Below are positions 11,724-24,707 of a stretch of DNA of 64,000 nucleotides, one piece after another. The stretch spans positions 79,112,001-79,176,000 of the forward strand of contig OZ360228.1 in assembly GCA_977017645.1 (NCBI GenBank), read 5' to 3'. The translations under genes and the position numbers were made by a program. This stretch comes from Torpedo marmorata. Lineage: Eukaryota. Within the stretch, counting starts at the first letter, position 1, and every line of letters begins with the position of its first letter. The notes under the pieces are model-generated. The model saw only the letters and a program-made list of their open reading frames with translations. It had not been told where the DNA came from and made no database searches.

Positions 11724-12566
11724 CAAGATTCAAGATTCAATTTATTGTCATAGTAATAAGACAGTGTCATATTCCATGAAATTTCTTTTTGCTTGCTGCA
11801 AGGCAGACAGATTCGCCACCGGCAGAAATTGCCTAAGCGCCTCTAACATTCCTTACAGTCAGAGAAAGAGAAGCAAAAGAGAGTCCCCCCAGAGTCATCG
11901 AGTGTCCGCAGATTCGCCTCCAGCGTTTCCACAGCCTCCGCAGCCACACAGAGTCCAGTCCAAACCATTGGCAACCCGAGCTCCAGATCCGAACCTCCGA
12001 CACGGTCAGGAACCCTTCGGCACCCCCTCGCATCCCGGTTCCGATACCTGGTACTCCTCCAGCTAGTTCGAGCCAGCCCGGCGTAAGTCTCGCAACAGCA
12101 GTCTCCAGCAGCCCACAGCCTCCGCGGGTTCCTTGCCTCCAGTCGCCAGCAGCCCGCCGCATGCACTGGTCCTTCAGCCTCAGAGCCCCTCACTGGTCCG
12201 CCGCCGTGGTCACCGTCCCGTGGGTCGTCTCCTCCGCTTCTCCTTCTCAGATGGGGGGGGGGGTGATCTTCCCGTCCTCTGGTGCCCTGCTCCAGTCCTC
12301 CGCTTCCCTGGAGTCTGCAGCCCCTCGTGGCTGCTGCCGGTTAAAAGGCACTGCCATCTTGGGCGCAGACCCCGCGGTCGCAGGATCTCAAATAAAACCA
12401 CTGTCGGCTCCCTCAATGGGCCGTTCAAAGCCCGTGCGGAGCCGATGGCAGTCGACTGATCGGCTGGACCCCGCGGGAGCGCTGCATCTCTGCTCCCTCG
12501 CTCCCCGCGGGTCCGCACCAGCGGCAGCGCTGCCGCTACAGCGGCTCCGGCAGCTCCACCATCTCT
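11724..12566 (-). mobile_element. non-autonomous retroelement: GC-rich head plus Rex-type 3' tail
   Basis: Minus-strand tail tgacaataaattgaatcttgaatcttg. The GC/CpG-rich body begins agatggtggagctgccggagccgc. No RT ORF. The tail is similar to that of the 5S SINE. Confidence 0.7.
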
Positions 12567-13531
12567 AAGATAACAACCAATAATAATTAATGAGTAAAAT
12601 TCATCAACAATAAAAATGATCCTCCATGTTTTGATTTGTATTTGTATCTAATATTACTATCCAGAAGCAATTACCGGTAATTAAAAAATAAGGTGAAAGG
12701 CTAAATTGAATGAGTAAAGGAATGTAATATGTACGAAGCCTTTGAGTTCATGTTGACTGGATGTCACAACAACAATCTAAGATTATAGAAAATGTCCTTC
12801 GAGTAATGTCAATCTGAGTACGCACAAGATTACGTACAGTGCAGTATCAATCTACCACTACATGCAATGTTGGATCAATCAGTGAAATGGACAACATAGA
12901 ACCAATCTCTGATGAAACTCTGACCATGGACCATCTGGAATCATATGTGACTATGAAGAGTGCAGGATCTATCTGCCACTGACAGGACTCCAGGTTCAAT
13001 CTGTGACAATGAATGCTGCAGGATAAATCTATCGCTATGTGCAGTGCAAGATCAATCTGTGACTATAGATCAATTTTCGAATGTGCACCATATAGGATCA
13101 ATCTGTGACTGTCAATAGTGTCAGCCCAATCTGTGACTTTAAACAACACAGCAACTATGCGTGATATAGGATTAACCTGTGTCTATGCATTTGGAAGGAT
13201 CAATCTTCTGCTATGAACAGCAATCATAAACCTGTAATAAAAACAGCATTCAAAACAGATCTATCTTTGATGCAGGATCAATCTGTGCCCAGGCATATTG
13301 TAAGTTCATTCAGTGGCTCTGACCTATGCAGGATGAATCTGCAAAAATTAGTAGTACAAGTCATTCTAGGACTATGTACTGTTCAGTAATAATCAGTGAT
13401 GGAGCACAATGCAGAATCAATCTATGATCATGTGCATTGTGGGATCAATTTGTGAGTATATGCTGTGTCAATTTGTGACCACATGCAACATAAGGTAAGT
13501 CTACAACTACGAACACTGTTGGTTCAATTTC

Positions 13532-13734
13532 AATTGGAACGAACTGCCATCTGATGTGGTAAATGCGGGGTCACTCTTAAGTTTTAAGAATAAATTGGAT
13601 AGATACATGGATGGGAGAGGTCTGGAGGGTTATGGAATGGGTGCAGGTCAGTGGGACTAGCGGAATGATGTTTCGGCACAGACTAGAAGGGCCGAATGGC
13701 TTTTTTCTGTGCTGTAGTATTCTATGTTCTGTTC
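13532..13734 (+). mobile_element. CR1 LINE 3'-end fragment
   Basis: tggaacgaactgcc...aaattggatagatacatggatggg...tattctatgttctgttct, the typical CR1 3' UTR and tail. Confidence 0.8.
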
Positions 13735-13949
13735 TAATTTATGACTATGTAGAGTCTAAAATTAATCTAACTCATGCAATGTAAGACCAATATGTGACCA
13801 TGAATACTGCAGGACCAAATTAAAGCCATATAAGGAATTTATGACAATGGAGCCTTTCGTAACTTTGTCCAGTGTAAGGTCAATCTGTGAGAATGAACAC
13901 AATACAATGTGGGATCAATCAGCAACTATGAATACTTCATCAATCTTGG

Positions 13950-14715
13950 CAATTACGAGTGGAGTGCCACACGGATCAGTGCTGGTGCCTCAAATATTAA
14001 TAATCCGTATTAATGACTTGGATGAAGGCTCCAACTGTATTGTACCCATATTTGCTGATGACGCAAAGGTAAGTGGGTTAGCAAATTGGGAGGAAGACGT
14101 AAGGAATCTGCAAAGGAATGTGGATGAATTGAGTGGACAAGAAGTTGGCAGTTGGAGCATCACATGTGAATATGTGAGGTTACCCACTTTAGAAGGAAAA
14201 ATGAAAAAGTAAATTATTATTTAAATGAAGTGATATTACAAAATATTGCAATACAAATAAATCGAAGGCATTGGAGGTACAGAGATGTCTCACTGGGCTC
14301 ATTGTGGTTATGAAGGGGCTGATGCATGAAGGGAGGTCTAACAGGTTGTAGTAATTGGACGAGAGAATGAAAGGCAATCTTATTGAAACAATTATGATTT
14401 TGAGGAGGATTGACAGGGGGATGCTGGGAGGATGTTTCACCTATTGAGGGCGGCTATAGTTGAAAAATCAGGGTTGCCCATTAAAGTGGAGATGAGGAGG
14501 ATTTTTTCTCTCAGAGGACTGTGGCTCTTTGGAATTTTATATCCCAGAAAATTGTTGAAGTTTCATCATTGAATATATTCAGAGCGAAGAATGACAGTCT
14601 TGAGGGTGTGAGGAGGGAAGCAGGAATTGGTGTTGGGACTAAGACTGGATCAACCACAATCTTACTGGATGGTGGAGCAGGCACAAGGGCCCATTTGGCT
14701 CCTCCTATACCTGTT
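13950..14715 (+). mobile_element. degenerate CR1 LINE fragment
   Basis: ORF 13841..14212 contains TSGVPHGSVL..INDLD..FADDAK, followed by a decayed CR1 3' end. Confidence 0.8.
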
Positions 14716-14869
14716 TCTTATATCTATTTGTTCATTGTAGAATCCATCTGAGACCATGAAGATTTTAACTTCAATATGTGATAATGAGCAGCATTGGATC
14801 AATCCATGACAATGAATGGCACACTGTGAGTCTGTGTCTGTGCCAAGCCTGATCTGCTCTTTAACAAGA

Positions 14870-15250
14870 ACATGTCTGAGTTTCTCCCACAATATCCTTT
14901 ACCTGTGCTATCCCAATTATACCCAAAAATGTATTTGAATGAAATCATCTCTGTTTTGAATGAAATCATTGACTGAGCTCAATGGTTCTCCAGAGTGGAA
15001 ATTTCTAAAGATTCACCACCCTATAATCAAAGACCCTTAAGAAATGTGAACCTTTCATTACAGTTATCTCTCATTCTTTTAAACACTTAAGGAAAGAGGC
15101 CTAATCTACTCAATTTCCATTCATATGGCAGACCCGCCATTTCTGGAACCAGTCCGGTAAATTTTCACTGCACTCCATCTACAGCAACTATAATTTTGTT
15201 GAGGTAAGGGGACTTGAATTGTACAGTACTCCAGGAGTGGTCTTATCCTG
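14870..15250 (-). mobile_element. degenerate CR1 3' fragment
   Basis: Similarity to the minus-strand CR1 3' regions (aaagattcaccaccct; gaattgtacagtactccagg). Confidence 0.6.
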
Positions 15251-16003
15251 GCCCAATATATCCATCTGTGACTATTACTGCCTCAGCATTAAACTGTGAG
15301 AAGGACATTGTGGAACATGGAGATGGACATTCTAGAGTCAATGAAAACTCTACCATGAATCTGAATACTATGAAATCAATCCACAACATTGTGTAGTTTT
15401 GGTTCAATCTGCCGCTAACTACATAATCTGCCACAATGAATTCTGTAAGGTTCGGTTGGTGACCATGCACATTATAAGAATAAGGTGAAACTAAGAATAC
15501 TGTAATATTAACCTCTTGCTGTGTACAGTGTGAGATCAATCTATGACCATTAATACTAAAGGACTAACCTGTGACAATGTACAGTGCAGGATCAATCCAT
15601 TACTATGAATAGTATGAGATCCATATGTGACATTGTAGACTCTGGACTGTGACTATGTATAATTTAGGGTCAATCTACAACAATGAATATTTTAGGATCA
15701 ATCTGTGATTGAATAATTCAGGCTCAGTCCATGTCAGTATTAATCTGGCTCTGAATACAAAAGGATTAATCTGGACTACAATTATTGTAGGATTAAGAGG
15801 TAACTGTATAGTTTAAGACCAATTAGCATTAATGCAAGATGTGGTATCAATCTTTAATTAAATATAATTTAGTATCAACCTTTGACTGTGAATGCTGTAG
15901 GATTAATTTATGATCATGGAATTAATCTGTGACCTTGTACTCAGTTGGATCTATCTGTGACAATATACATGGTGGGATTTTATCAATGACCATGTACTGT
16001 ATA

Positions 16004-16705
16004 AGAACATAGAACAGTACAGCACAGAATGGGCCCCTTGGCCCGCAATGTTGTGCCAACCTATATAAACCTACTCCACCGTCAATCCAACTCTTTCCAA
16101 TCTCACAGCCCATAGCCCTCCATTTTTCATACATCCTACCTAAAAGTCTTTTAAATGTCCCGATTGTTCCAGCCTCCACTACCAGCCCTGGCAATGCATT
16201 CCAGGCACGCACCACTCTCTGTGTTAAAAAAAAACGTACCTCTAACGTCTCCCTTAAACTTTCCTCTACTCACCTTAAACTGATGTCCTCTGGTATTGGC
16301 CATTGCCGCCCTGGGAAAAAGGTGCTGGCTGGTGACCTATCTATGCCTCTCATTTAGAGTCATTGAGTCATGCAGCATAGAAACAGGCCCTTCGGCTCTA
16401 CTTGCCCACTCCAACCAAAGTGTCCCATCTGCCTGCGTTTGACCCACATCCATGCATCCAAACCTATTCTGTCCATGATTCATCCAATCTTTTCTTAAAC
16501 ACAGCAATTGTACCTGCCTCAACCACCTCCTCTGGCAGCCCATTCCATGCACTCACCACCCTCTGTGTTAAAAAGCTACCGCTCAGGTACCTGTCTCCCA
16601 CCCTCACCTTAAACCTATGTCCTCTGGTTACCTATTCCCCTACCCAGGGCAAAAGACTCTCTGTGTTCATCCAATCTATTCCTCTCATGATTTTGTATAC
16701 CTCTA
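16004..16705 (-). mobile_element. two adjacent CR1 3'-end fragments (about 16004-16350 and 16355-16705)
   Basis: ORFs 15922..16215 (VRAWNALP.LVVEAGTIGTFKRLL) and 16337..16552. Tail agaacatagaacagtacagcac. Confidence 0.8.
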
Positions 16706-16853
16706 CGATCACTCTAAGATCAATCTGTAATGAAGAATACGGCAGGATCAATCTGTGAATATGAATACAAAAGGATGAGTCTGTGACTATTAATGTTATA
16801 CGATCCACTCATGACCACACATAGTTTAGGTTAAATTCACCACTGTGGGTACT

Positions 16854-19311
16854 ATAACCATATATAACCATATAACAATTACAGCACGGAAACAGGCCAT
16901 TAGGCCCTTCTAGTCCGCACCGAACCAAACACTCCTCTCTAGTCCCACCTACCTGCACCCTGCCCATAACCCTCCACCTCCTTCTCATCCATATACCTGT
17001 CCAACTTTTTCTTAAATAATAAAATTGACTCTGCCGCCACTACTTCTCCCGGAAGCTCATTCCACACCGCTACCACTCTCTGAGTAAAGAAGTTCCCCCT
17101 CATGTTACCTCTAAACCTCTGCCCCTTAACTCTTAACTCATGTCCTCTTGTTTCAATCTCTCCTACTCTTAACGGAAATAGTCTATCCACATCCACTCTG
17201 TTTATCCCTTTCATAATCTTAAATACCTCTATCAAATCCCCTCTCAACCTTCTACGCTCCAAAGAATAAAGACCTAATCTGCTCAATCTCTCCTTGTACT
17301 CTAGATGCTTAAACCCAGGTAACATTCTGGTAAATCTTCTCTGCACTCTCTCCACTCTGTTGATATCCTTCCTATAATTTGGCGACCAGAACTGCACACA
17401 GAACTCTAAATTAGGCCGCACCAATGCCTTATATAATCTCAACATCACTTCCCAACTCCTATATTCTATGCAATGATTGATAAAGGCCAGCATACTAAAA
17501 GCCTTCTTCACCACCCTATTCACATGAGTTTCTACCTTCAGGGAACGATGCACCGTTACTCCTAAATCTTTCTGCTCTTCTGTATTCATCAATGCTCTCC
17601 CATTTACTACATATGTCCTGTTCTGATTCTTCTTACCAAAATAAAGCACCTCACACTTATCAGCATTAAACTCCATTTGCCATTTTTCAGCCCACTTTTC
17701 TAAGCAGCCCAAATCTCTCTGCAATCCTTGAAAACCTTCTTCATTATCCACTATTCCACCTCTCTTAGTATCGTCTGCATATTTACTAATCCAGTTCACC
17801 ACCCCATCATCTAGATCATTAATGTATATAACGAACAACAATGGGCCCAATACAGATCCCTGAGGCACACCGCTGGTCACCGGCCTCCAACCTGACAGAC
17901 AATTATCCACTACCACTCTCTGGCCTCTCCCTTTCAGCCAATGTTCAATCCATTTGACTATCTCAAAATTTATACCTAAAGACTGCACCTTCCTAACTAA
18001 CCTTCCATGTGGTACCTTATCGAAGGCCTTACTGAAGTCCATATAGACAACATCCACCGCGCTACCCTCATCCACATTCCTAGTCACCTCTTCAAAAATT
18101 CAATCAGATTGGTCAAACAGGACCTTCTGCTCACAAATCCGTGTTGAGTGTTCCTGATCAGACCCTGTCTATCCAGATATTTATAAGTACTATCTCTAAG
18201 AAATTTCTCCATTAATTTACCTACCACAGACGTCAAACTTACAGGCCGATAATTGCCAGGCTTCCTCCTTGAACCCTTTTTAAATAACGGAACCACATGC
18301 GCAATACGCCAATCCTCCGGCACTATCCCCATCTCTAATGACATTTGGAAAATCACCGTCAGAGCCTCTGCTATTTCCTCCCTTATTTCTCTCAAGGTCC
18401 TGGGGAAGATCCCGTCGGGTCCCGGAGGCTTATCCACCTTTATATGCCTCAAAAGCCCTAACACTACATCTTTCGTAATCACTATATTCTCCATATTTAC
18501 CCAATTTTCTTTTTTTATCTCGCATATCCCAATATCCTTCTCCTTGGTGAATACCGAAGAAAAGAAACTGTTCAATATCTCCCCCATTTCTCTAGGCTCC
18601 ACACACAGTTTTCCGCTCTGATTCTCTAAGGGACCAATTTTGTCCCTCGCTTTCCTTTTACCATTAACGTATTTGTAGAAACCTTTTGGATTAATTTTCA
18701 CCCTGCTTGCTATAGTCTCCTCGTACCTTCTTTTAGCTTTCCTAATTCCTCTCTTAAGATTCCTTTTACATTCAATGTATTTTTCAAACATCTCCTTAAT
18801 TCCATGCTTCTTATACTTAATGTACGCCTCCCTTTTTTTTCGAACCAAGTTTCCAATATTCCTCGAAAACCACGGCTCTCTCAAACCTTTTGCCCCTCCT
18901 TTTAACCTAACAGGAACATAAAGCTTTTGCACTCTCAAAATCTGATCTTTAAAAGACTTCCACCTCTCTACTACATCCTGCCCATAAAACAAATTGTCCC
19001 AATGCACACCCTGTAAGTCCTTTCGCATCTCCTCAAATCTAGCTTTTCCCCAATCAAAAACCTCAACCCTTGGCCCTGACTTATCTCTTTCCATAATGAC
19101 ATTGAAGCTGATGGCATTATGATCACTGGACCCGAAGTGCTCGCCAACACAAACCTCCGTCACTTGACCTATCTCATTTGCCAACAGTAGATCTAACACT
19201 GCTCCTTCTCTGGTCGGTACCTCTACATATTGTTGTAAAAAACTATCCTGCACACATTTCACAAACTCCAACCCATCCAGCCCTTTCACAGAATGTGTTT
19301 CCCAATCTATA
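16854..19311 (-). mobile_element. 5'-truncated CR1 (HER1-like) LINE, ORF2 endonuclease end plus RT, one frameshift
   Basis: ORFs 18084..19289 (LDLLL..SDHN..PGPDGI..GNYRPVSLTS) and 16939..18087 (DFSKAFDKV, SGVPQGSVLGP, YADD). Flanking tgtgggtact (16844) and tgtggatact (19312) form a probable TSD or microhomology. Confidence 0.93.
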
Positions 19312-20564
19312 TGTGGATACTCTGGGATTAGTGACTATGAAGACTGTAGGAAAGGTCTGAGACTATTAATGTTGTAGGATCCATCTGCAACTATGCAGTG
19401 TCAGTTCATTCTGTGACAATGAACTGTATAAAATCAATCTGCCTCCCAGACCATGTTATGATAAATCTGTCACTATATGAGTGTAGGATTATTCAGTGCA
19501 GTGCAAAATGAGCTGATGAATCTGTCCAATAGAAATCACAGGACAATCAGTGATTATGAATACTTTAGGATCAATATATCACTATATATGTACAAAAGGA
19601 TATATCTGTGACTACGAATACTTGAGGACCTGAAACATTGAGCAGTGTAGAATGATTCTAATTTTTTCTGTGTGGGAACAATCTGCAATTCTGAATGCTC
19701 CAGGATCCACCTGACTATGAATAATGAAGAGTCAATTTGCAATGAAGTACGTTGTAGAATCAATGGGTAAGTATATGCTGTTCATGATCAATCTGTCACC
19801 ATAAATACTGTAAGATCAATCTGCTACTATGTCTACATATAGTGTAGGATTAACATATGATGACAAATAGCATTGGATCAGTGCTCTGTGATATCAGTCT
19901 GTGACTGTGTATGGTATAGTATGAGTCTTGGGCTATGAATATTTTGAGTTCATTATGATAAAAACCAGTTTTATTGGTCTGTGACCATGTACAATATAGA
20001 GTCGATCTGTGACTGTACAGCCTAGGATCGATTTGTGAGTTTGTTCAGTCCAGGGTCAAATTATGATGATAAATTCTGTAGAATCAGATCTGTTACTATG
20101 AACAGTGTAACTTCAACCTATCAAAATAAGGAGTGCAGGATCAATTGTTGAATTTATAAAGTGCAGGATGATTCTGTGACTGCATATTTTAAGATCTACC
20201 TGCAACTATAAATACTGTCAGACTAATCTGTGATCATGTCCAGTGTAGAATTAATTTGCAACCACATTAATGTGTTAGTATGTACAGTTTGGAATTAAAC
20301 TGTGACCATGCACAGTGTCATTATTTTTGTCAATGTACATTGCGAGATCAAGCTATGTCTATAAACAGCATTGGATCAATCCACAACCGTGTACATTATA
20401 GTTTCAATCTGTGGCTATGAGTAGCATAGCATCAATTTGTTACCATAAATAGTGTTGCATAAACCCAGACAATGCACACACCAGAAAACGAATATGATTC
20501 TATGTAGAGTGTGAATAGGTATAAAGAGGGATCAATCTGTGGCTGTGCTCATTCCAAATCAACC

Positions 20565-21984
20565 TCAGAATCAGAATTTATTGTCATGAACAAGTCATGA
20601 AATTCGGTGTTTTGCGGCAGCATCATAGTGCAAACATTCATATTATAACCATTCTAACGACATTACTATAAAATATATAAATAATAGTGCAGGAAAAGTA
20701 AGGCAGTGTCTTTGGTTCATTGATTATTCAGGAATCTGATGGCAGCGGGGAAGAAGCTGTCCTTGTGCCGTTGAGTGCTCGTCTTTAGGCTCCTGTACCT
20801 TTTTCCCGATGGAAGCAGAGTGAAGAGGGCATGGCCTGGGTGGTGGGGGGTCTCTGAGGATAGAGGCTGCTTTTTTAAGACACCGTCTCTTGTAGATGTC
20901 CTCGATGGAGTGAAGTCTGGTGCCTGTGATGTTACAGGCTGAGTTAACAACCCTCTGGAGTTTATTCTTGTCCTGAGAGTTGGCGCCTCCATACCAGGCA
21001 GTGATGCAACCAGCCAGAATGCTCTCCACGGTACACCTGTAGAAGTTTACGAGTGTTTTCGGTGACATACCGAATCTCCTCAAACACCTCACAAAGTATA
21101 GCTGCTGGTGAGCCTTCTTTGTGATTGCATCAATGTGGAGGCTCCAGGTCAGATCCTCGGAGATGTTGACACCCAGGAATTTTATGTTCTTGACCCTCTC
21201 CACTACTGAGCCCTCGATGAGGACTGAGTCGTGTTCCCCTGACTTCCTCCTGAAGTCCACAATCATCTCCTTGGTTTTGCTGACGTTGAGCGCAAGGTTG
21301 TTGTCGTTACACCATTCAACGAGCTGATCTATCTCCCTCCTGTACGCTTCCTCATTGCCGTTTGTGATTCTGCCGACAACTGTGGTGTCATCAGCAAACT
21401 TGTAGATGGCATTGGAATTGTGCCTGGCCACACAGTCATGGGTGTATAACGAGTAGAGCAGAGGGCTAAGCATGCATTCTTGGGGTGCACCTGTGTTGAT
21501 AATCGGTGAGGAGAAGACATTGTTTCCAATTCGTACTGACTGTGGTCTTCGGATGAGAAAGTCAAGGATCCAGTTGCAGATGTGGGTACAGAGGCCTAGA
21601 GTTTGTAGCTTCTTGACCAGCACTGAGGGAATAATGGTATTGAAGGCTGAGCTGTAGTCGATGAAGAGCAGCCGTATGTATGAATTGCTGTTTTCAAGGT
21701 GATCCAGAGCTGAGTGGAGAGCCAGCGATATTGCATCTGCTGTGGAGCGATTGTGACGATAGGCGAATTGCAGTGGGTCCAGATCTTTGCTTAGGTACAT
21801 GTTAATTCTGGCCATGACGAGCCTCTCAACGCATTTCATCACAGTAGAAGTTAGTGCTACTGGGCGGTAGTCGTTGAGGCAGCTCACACTACTCTTCTTG
21901 GGTACTGCGATGATTGATGCCCTTTTGAAGCAGGTGGGAATCTCTGACTGCCGCAATGAGAGGTTGAAAATATCCGTGAACACT
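20565..21984 (-). mobile_element. 5'-truncated Rex/Babar-type LINE (subfamily 'A')
   Basis: ORF 20724..22097 has RT motifs; the sequence is near-identical to 331-1699. Confidence 0.92.
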
Positions 21985-22023
21985 AATACAATGTAACCTG
22001 TAACAATGAATGCCATCAAAGGA

Positions 22024-22589
22024 ACATGGAAACAGAAAATAGATGCAGAAGTAGACCATTTGGCCCTTTCAGCTGCTCCATCATTTAATACAGTCATGGT
22101 TGATCTTCTAGCTTAATGCCATATTCCCACTCTCTCCACATACCTCCTGATGCTTTTGTATCTAGAGATCTATCTACTTCATTCTTAAATACAGTTAATG
22201 ATTTGGATGACTGCTTTCTGTTCTCATCTCAATCTTAAATTCATAGATTCATAGAAAACAGATGCAGGAGTCGGCCATCCAGCCTTTCGAGCCGGCTCCA
22301 CCATTCACTATGATAATGGATGATCATGCTTCCTCAGTGCCTAATTCCTGCTTTCTCTCCAAACCCCTTGGTTCCTTTGGCCAAAAGAGCCATATATACT
22401 TCCCTTTTGAATATATCTAATGAACTGGCCTCAACACCTTTCTGTGGTTTGGGAGGTCCCTAAGTTCATAACTCTCTGAATGAAGAAGATTCTCCTCATC
22501 TCAGTCCTAACTGGCTGACCCCTTATCCTTGGACTGTGACCCCTCATCCTGGACTTCCCCAACATCAGGAACATCCTTCCTGCATCTCA
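22024..22589 (-). mobile_element. two degenerate CR1 3' fragments
   Basis: gatgcaggagtcggccatccagcc-type tails and the gaagaagattctcctcatctcagtcct motif of CR1 3' ends. Confidence 0.65.
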
Positions 22590-23108
22590 ATCAAGTCAAG
22601 TCAAGTAAATTGTCATCTGATTGCATGAGTACAACAAAACAGCGTTCTCCAGTCCTCGGTACAAAACAGGCAGACGCACAACCAGACATAACACACATAC
22701 AGACAAAAAATACATATGCAGGACAAGTATTCATATATACAAATAAATAAATATCGTTTCATGAATATGAGAGTCTTGGATGGTTAGTGTGAGCAGTTCC
22801 TTTGGTCGTTCAGCATTCTCACTGCCCACAGGAAGAAGCTATTCCTCAGCCTGGTGGTGCTGGCTCTGATACTCCTGTATCTCTTTCCCGACAGGAACAG
22901 CTGAAAGATGTTGTGTGCAGGGTGGAAGGGGTCCTCAATGATTTTGCACACCCTCTTCAGACAACGATCCCGGTAGATCATGTTGATGGGGCGGGGGGGA
23001 GGGAGACTTTAGTGATCCTCTCTGCCATTCATGTTGCTGAGGAGGCCAACTAATGTTGTGTCATCTGCAAACTTGATGGCACTGTTGGAGCTGGATCTGG
23101 CGGTGCAG
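22590..23108 (-). mobile_element. Rex/Babar-type LINE 3' fragment (third subfamily, (caagt)n tail)
   Basis: ORF 22784..22981 (DPFHPAH..SGKRYRSI..RLRNSFF); gtcatctgcaaacttg encodes KFADD on the minus strand. Confidence 0.8.
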
Positions 23109-24467
23109 AATTTTATATGTCTCTATTAGATGCCCTCTCATTCTTCTAAATTCCAGTGAGAATAGTCCTAGTCTATCCAATTCCTCTTCATATGTTAGTC
23201 CTGCCATCACAGGAATCAGTCTGATGAACCTGTTCTGCACTCCCGTGCCATGCCTTACTATGTATCCTGAGACTGTGGCCCCTTATTCTGGACCCCCAAC
23301 CAGAAAAAATTTCCTTTTTTATCCAGTCTTTCTGTTGAGGTGGACCTTTGGTTGTTTGAAAACAAACACAAATACAGATGCACAAACAGATTTTTTAATC
23401 ACTTTGCAAAGCATGAGAACTCCTTTACAGCAAGAAGCGCTGCCACGAGTAGCAGTCTCGCCTCCAAGAGAGTCTGTCTTGTGGCTTACATATCATGTAT
23501 TTTATACCTTCAGACCCCTAGGTTTCTAGAACATTCAAACAGACCACTCCATATAAGTACATATTCCTTAGAATTCTCTTGGGATTTGTTAATCAGGGTC
23601 ATGTCCCTTACCCAATTGTTAATAGTCTTTTACAACCGTACCAAATAAGGAGGTTCTTATCTACTCCAGCTGATAACAAGAAAGAAAGGAATGCAGCCAG
23701 CTTTTCTTCCAGTCAACATTTTAAAACTTAAATTCTCATATCTAGCCCAGTCAGAATGTTGTATGTTTCAATGAGATCCCCTATCTTTCTTTTAACTCTC
23801 TCCCAATCTCTCTCATTCAAAAGTCTCGCCATTTCAGGAATCATTCCGGTGAACCTATGATGCATTCTCTCGATGACAGGTTTATCACTTCTTATGTTAG
23901 TAGACCAGAACTGTCATTAATCTGCAATTATGTACAATGCAGGATTTTTTTGTTATTCTGAATACTCCTGGATCAATCTTTAAGTATAATTGGAGTAGGG
24001 TATAACTGAGGCTATATTCAGCGCGAAATCGATATGTGATTGTATGGTGATGCATTAATCTGTGGCCATGAAAACCTAGATCAATCTGCAAATTAAGCAA
24101 TGTAAGAACAATGTGTGGCCCAGAACACTGAACAATCTGTTAATGTAGATTTATTTATTTGTCTGTATATATTTAAAATCACTATGAACAGCAGTCGATC
24201 AAGGTGCAACAACATACATTGTAGGATTAATCTGGAATAGCAAGTGCTGTAGAATAAATCACTGTTGAGTCATTATTAAAATGTAAATACCATATGATCA
24301 ATCCCTGTCTAAATAAAGTAGAATCAATCTGTGACTGTGTATCGTATTAATTAATTACCTGATTGTGTACAGCAGCAAATCAATTCTAATAATGCAGAAT
24401 ATCAAAAGGTAATGTTCAGTGTGAGATCAATGAACAACAATGAACATTCCAAACTTAAACAGCATGG

Positions 24468-24707
24468 TAAAGATAAAGGTTCCATTATTGTCACGTAATA
24501 CTACATTTAGAATGTAACATACATGAAATTCTCTAATTTTTGTCTACCGTAAGGCAGACAGAGAGTCGCTACTTTGTCCAGCGCCCCTCACAGAAACCTA
24601 CAGCACCTGGTGTTCCTAGGTGGTCTCCCCTCCAAGTACTGACCAGTCCTGTGCCTGCTTAGCTTCCGAGATCAGACAATCCCAGTCATATTCAGGCTAT
24701 TGGTGCT
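24468..24707 (-). mobile_element. 5S rRNA-derived SINE (SINE3-type), copy 2
   Basis: Near-identical to 2552-2790. It is inserted in the tail of a minus-strand CR1 (acagcatgg|SINE|ttcagcacgaattgtcc). Confidence 0.85.

Larger units (their letters stand above)
12770..24455. repeat. degenerate 28-bp tandem repeat, consensus about GGATCAATCTGTGACTATG(AAT/TAC)AGTGTA, fragmented by TE insertions
   Basis: 28-bp periodicity, e.g. ggttcaatctgtgacaatgaatgctgca|ggataaatctatcgctatgtgcagtgca (12993-13048). Blocks at about 12770-13530, 13735-13945, 14715-14870, 15255-16003, 16705-16853, 19312-20564, 21985-22020 and 23915-24455. Confidence 0.85.

Noticed and set aside
11764-12568. Cluster of overlapping 100-135 aa ORFs
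   Set aside because: A by-product of high GC in a non-autonomous retroelement; no domain motifs.
12770-24455. CRISPR-like or coding repeat array, or RAG recombination signals
   Set aside because: Vertebrate context, no cas genes, and the 'spacers' are homologous to each other. A 28-bp period cannot hold a reading frame. CACAG-like words lack spaced nonamers.
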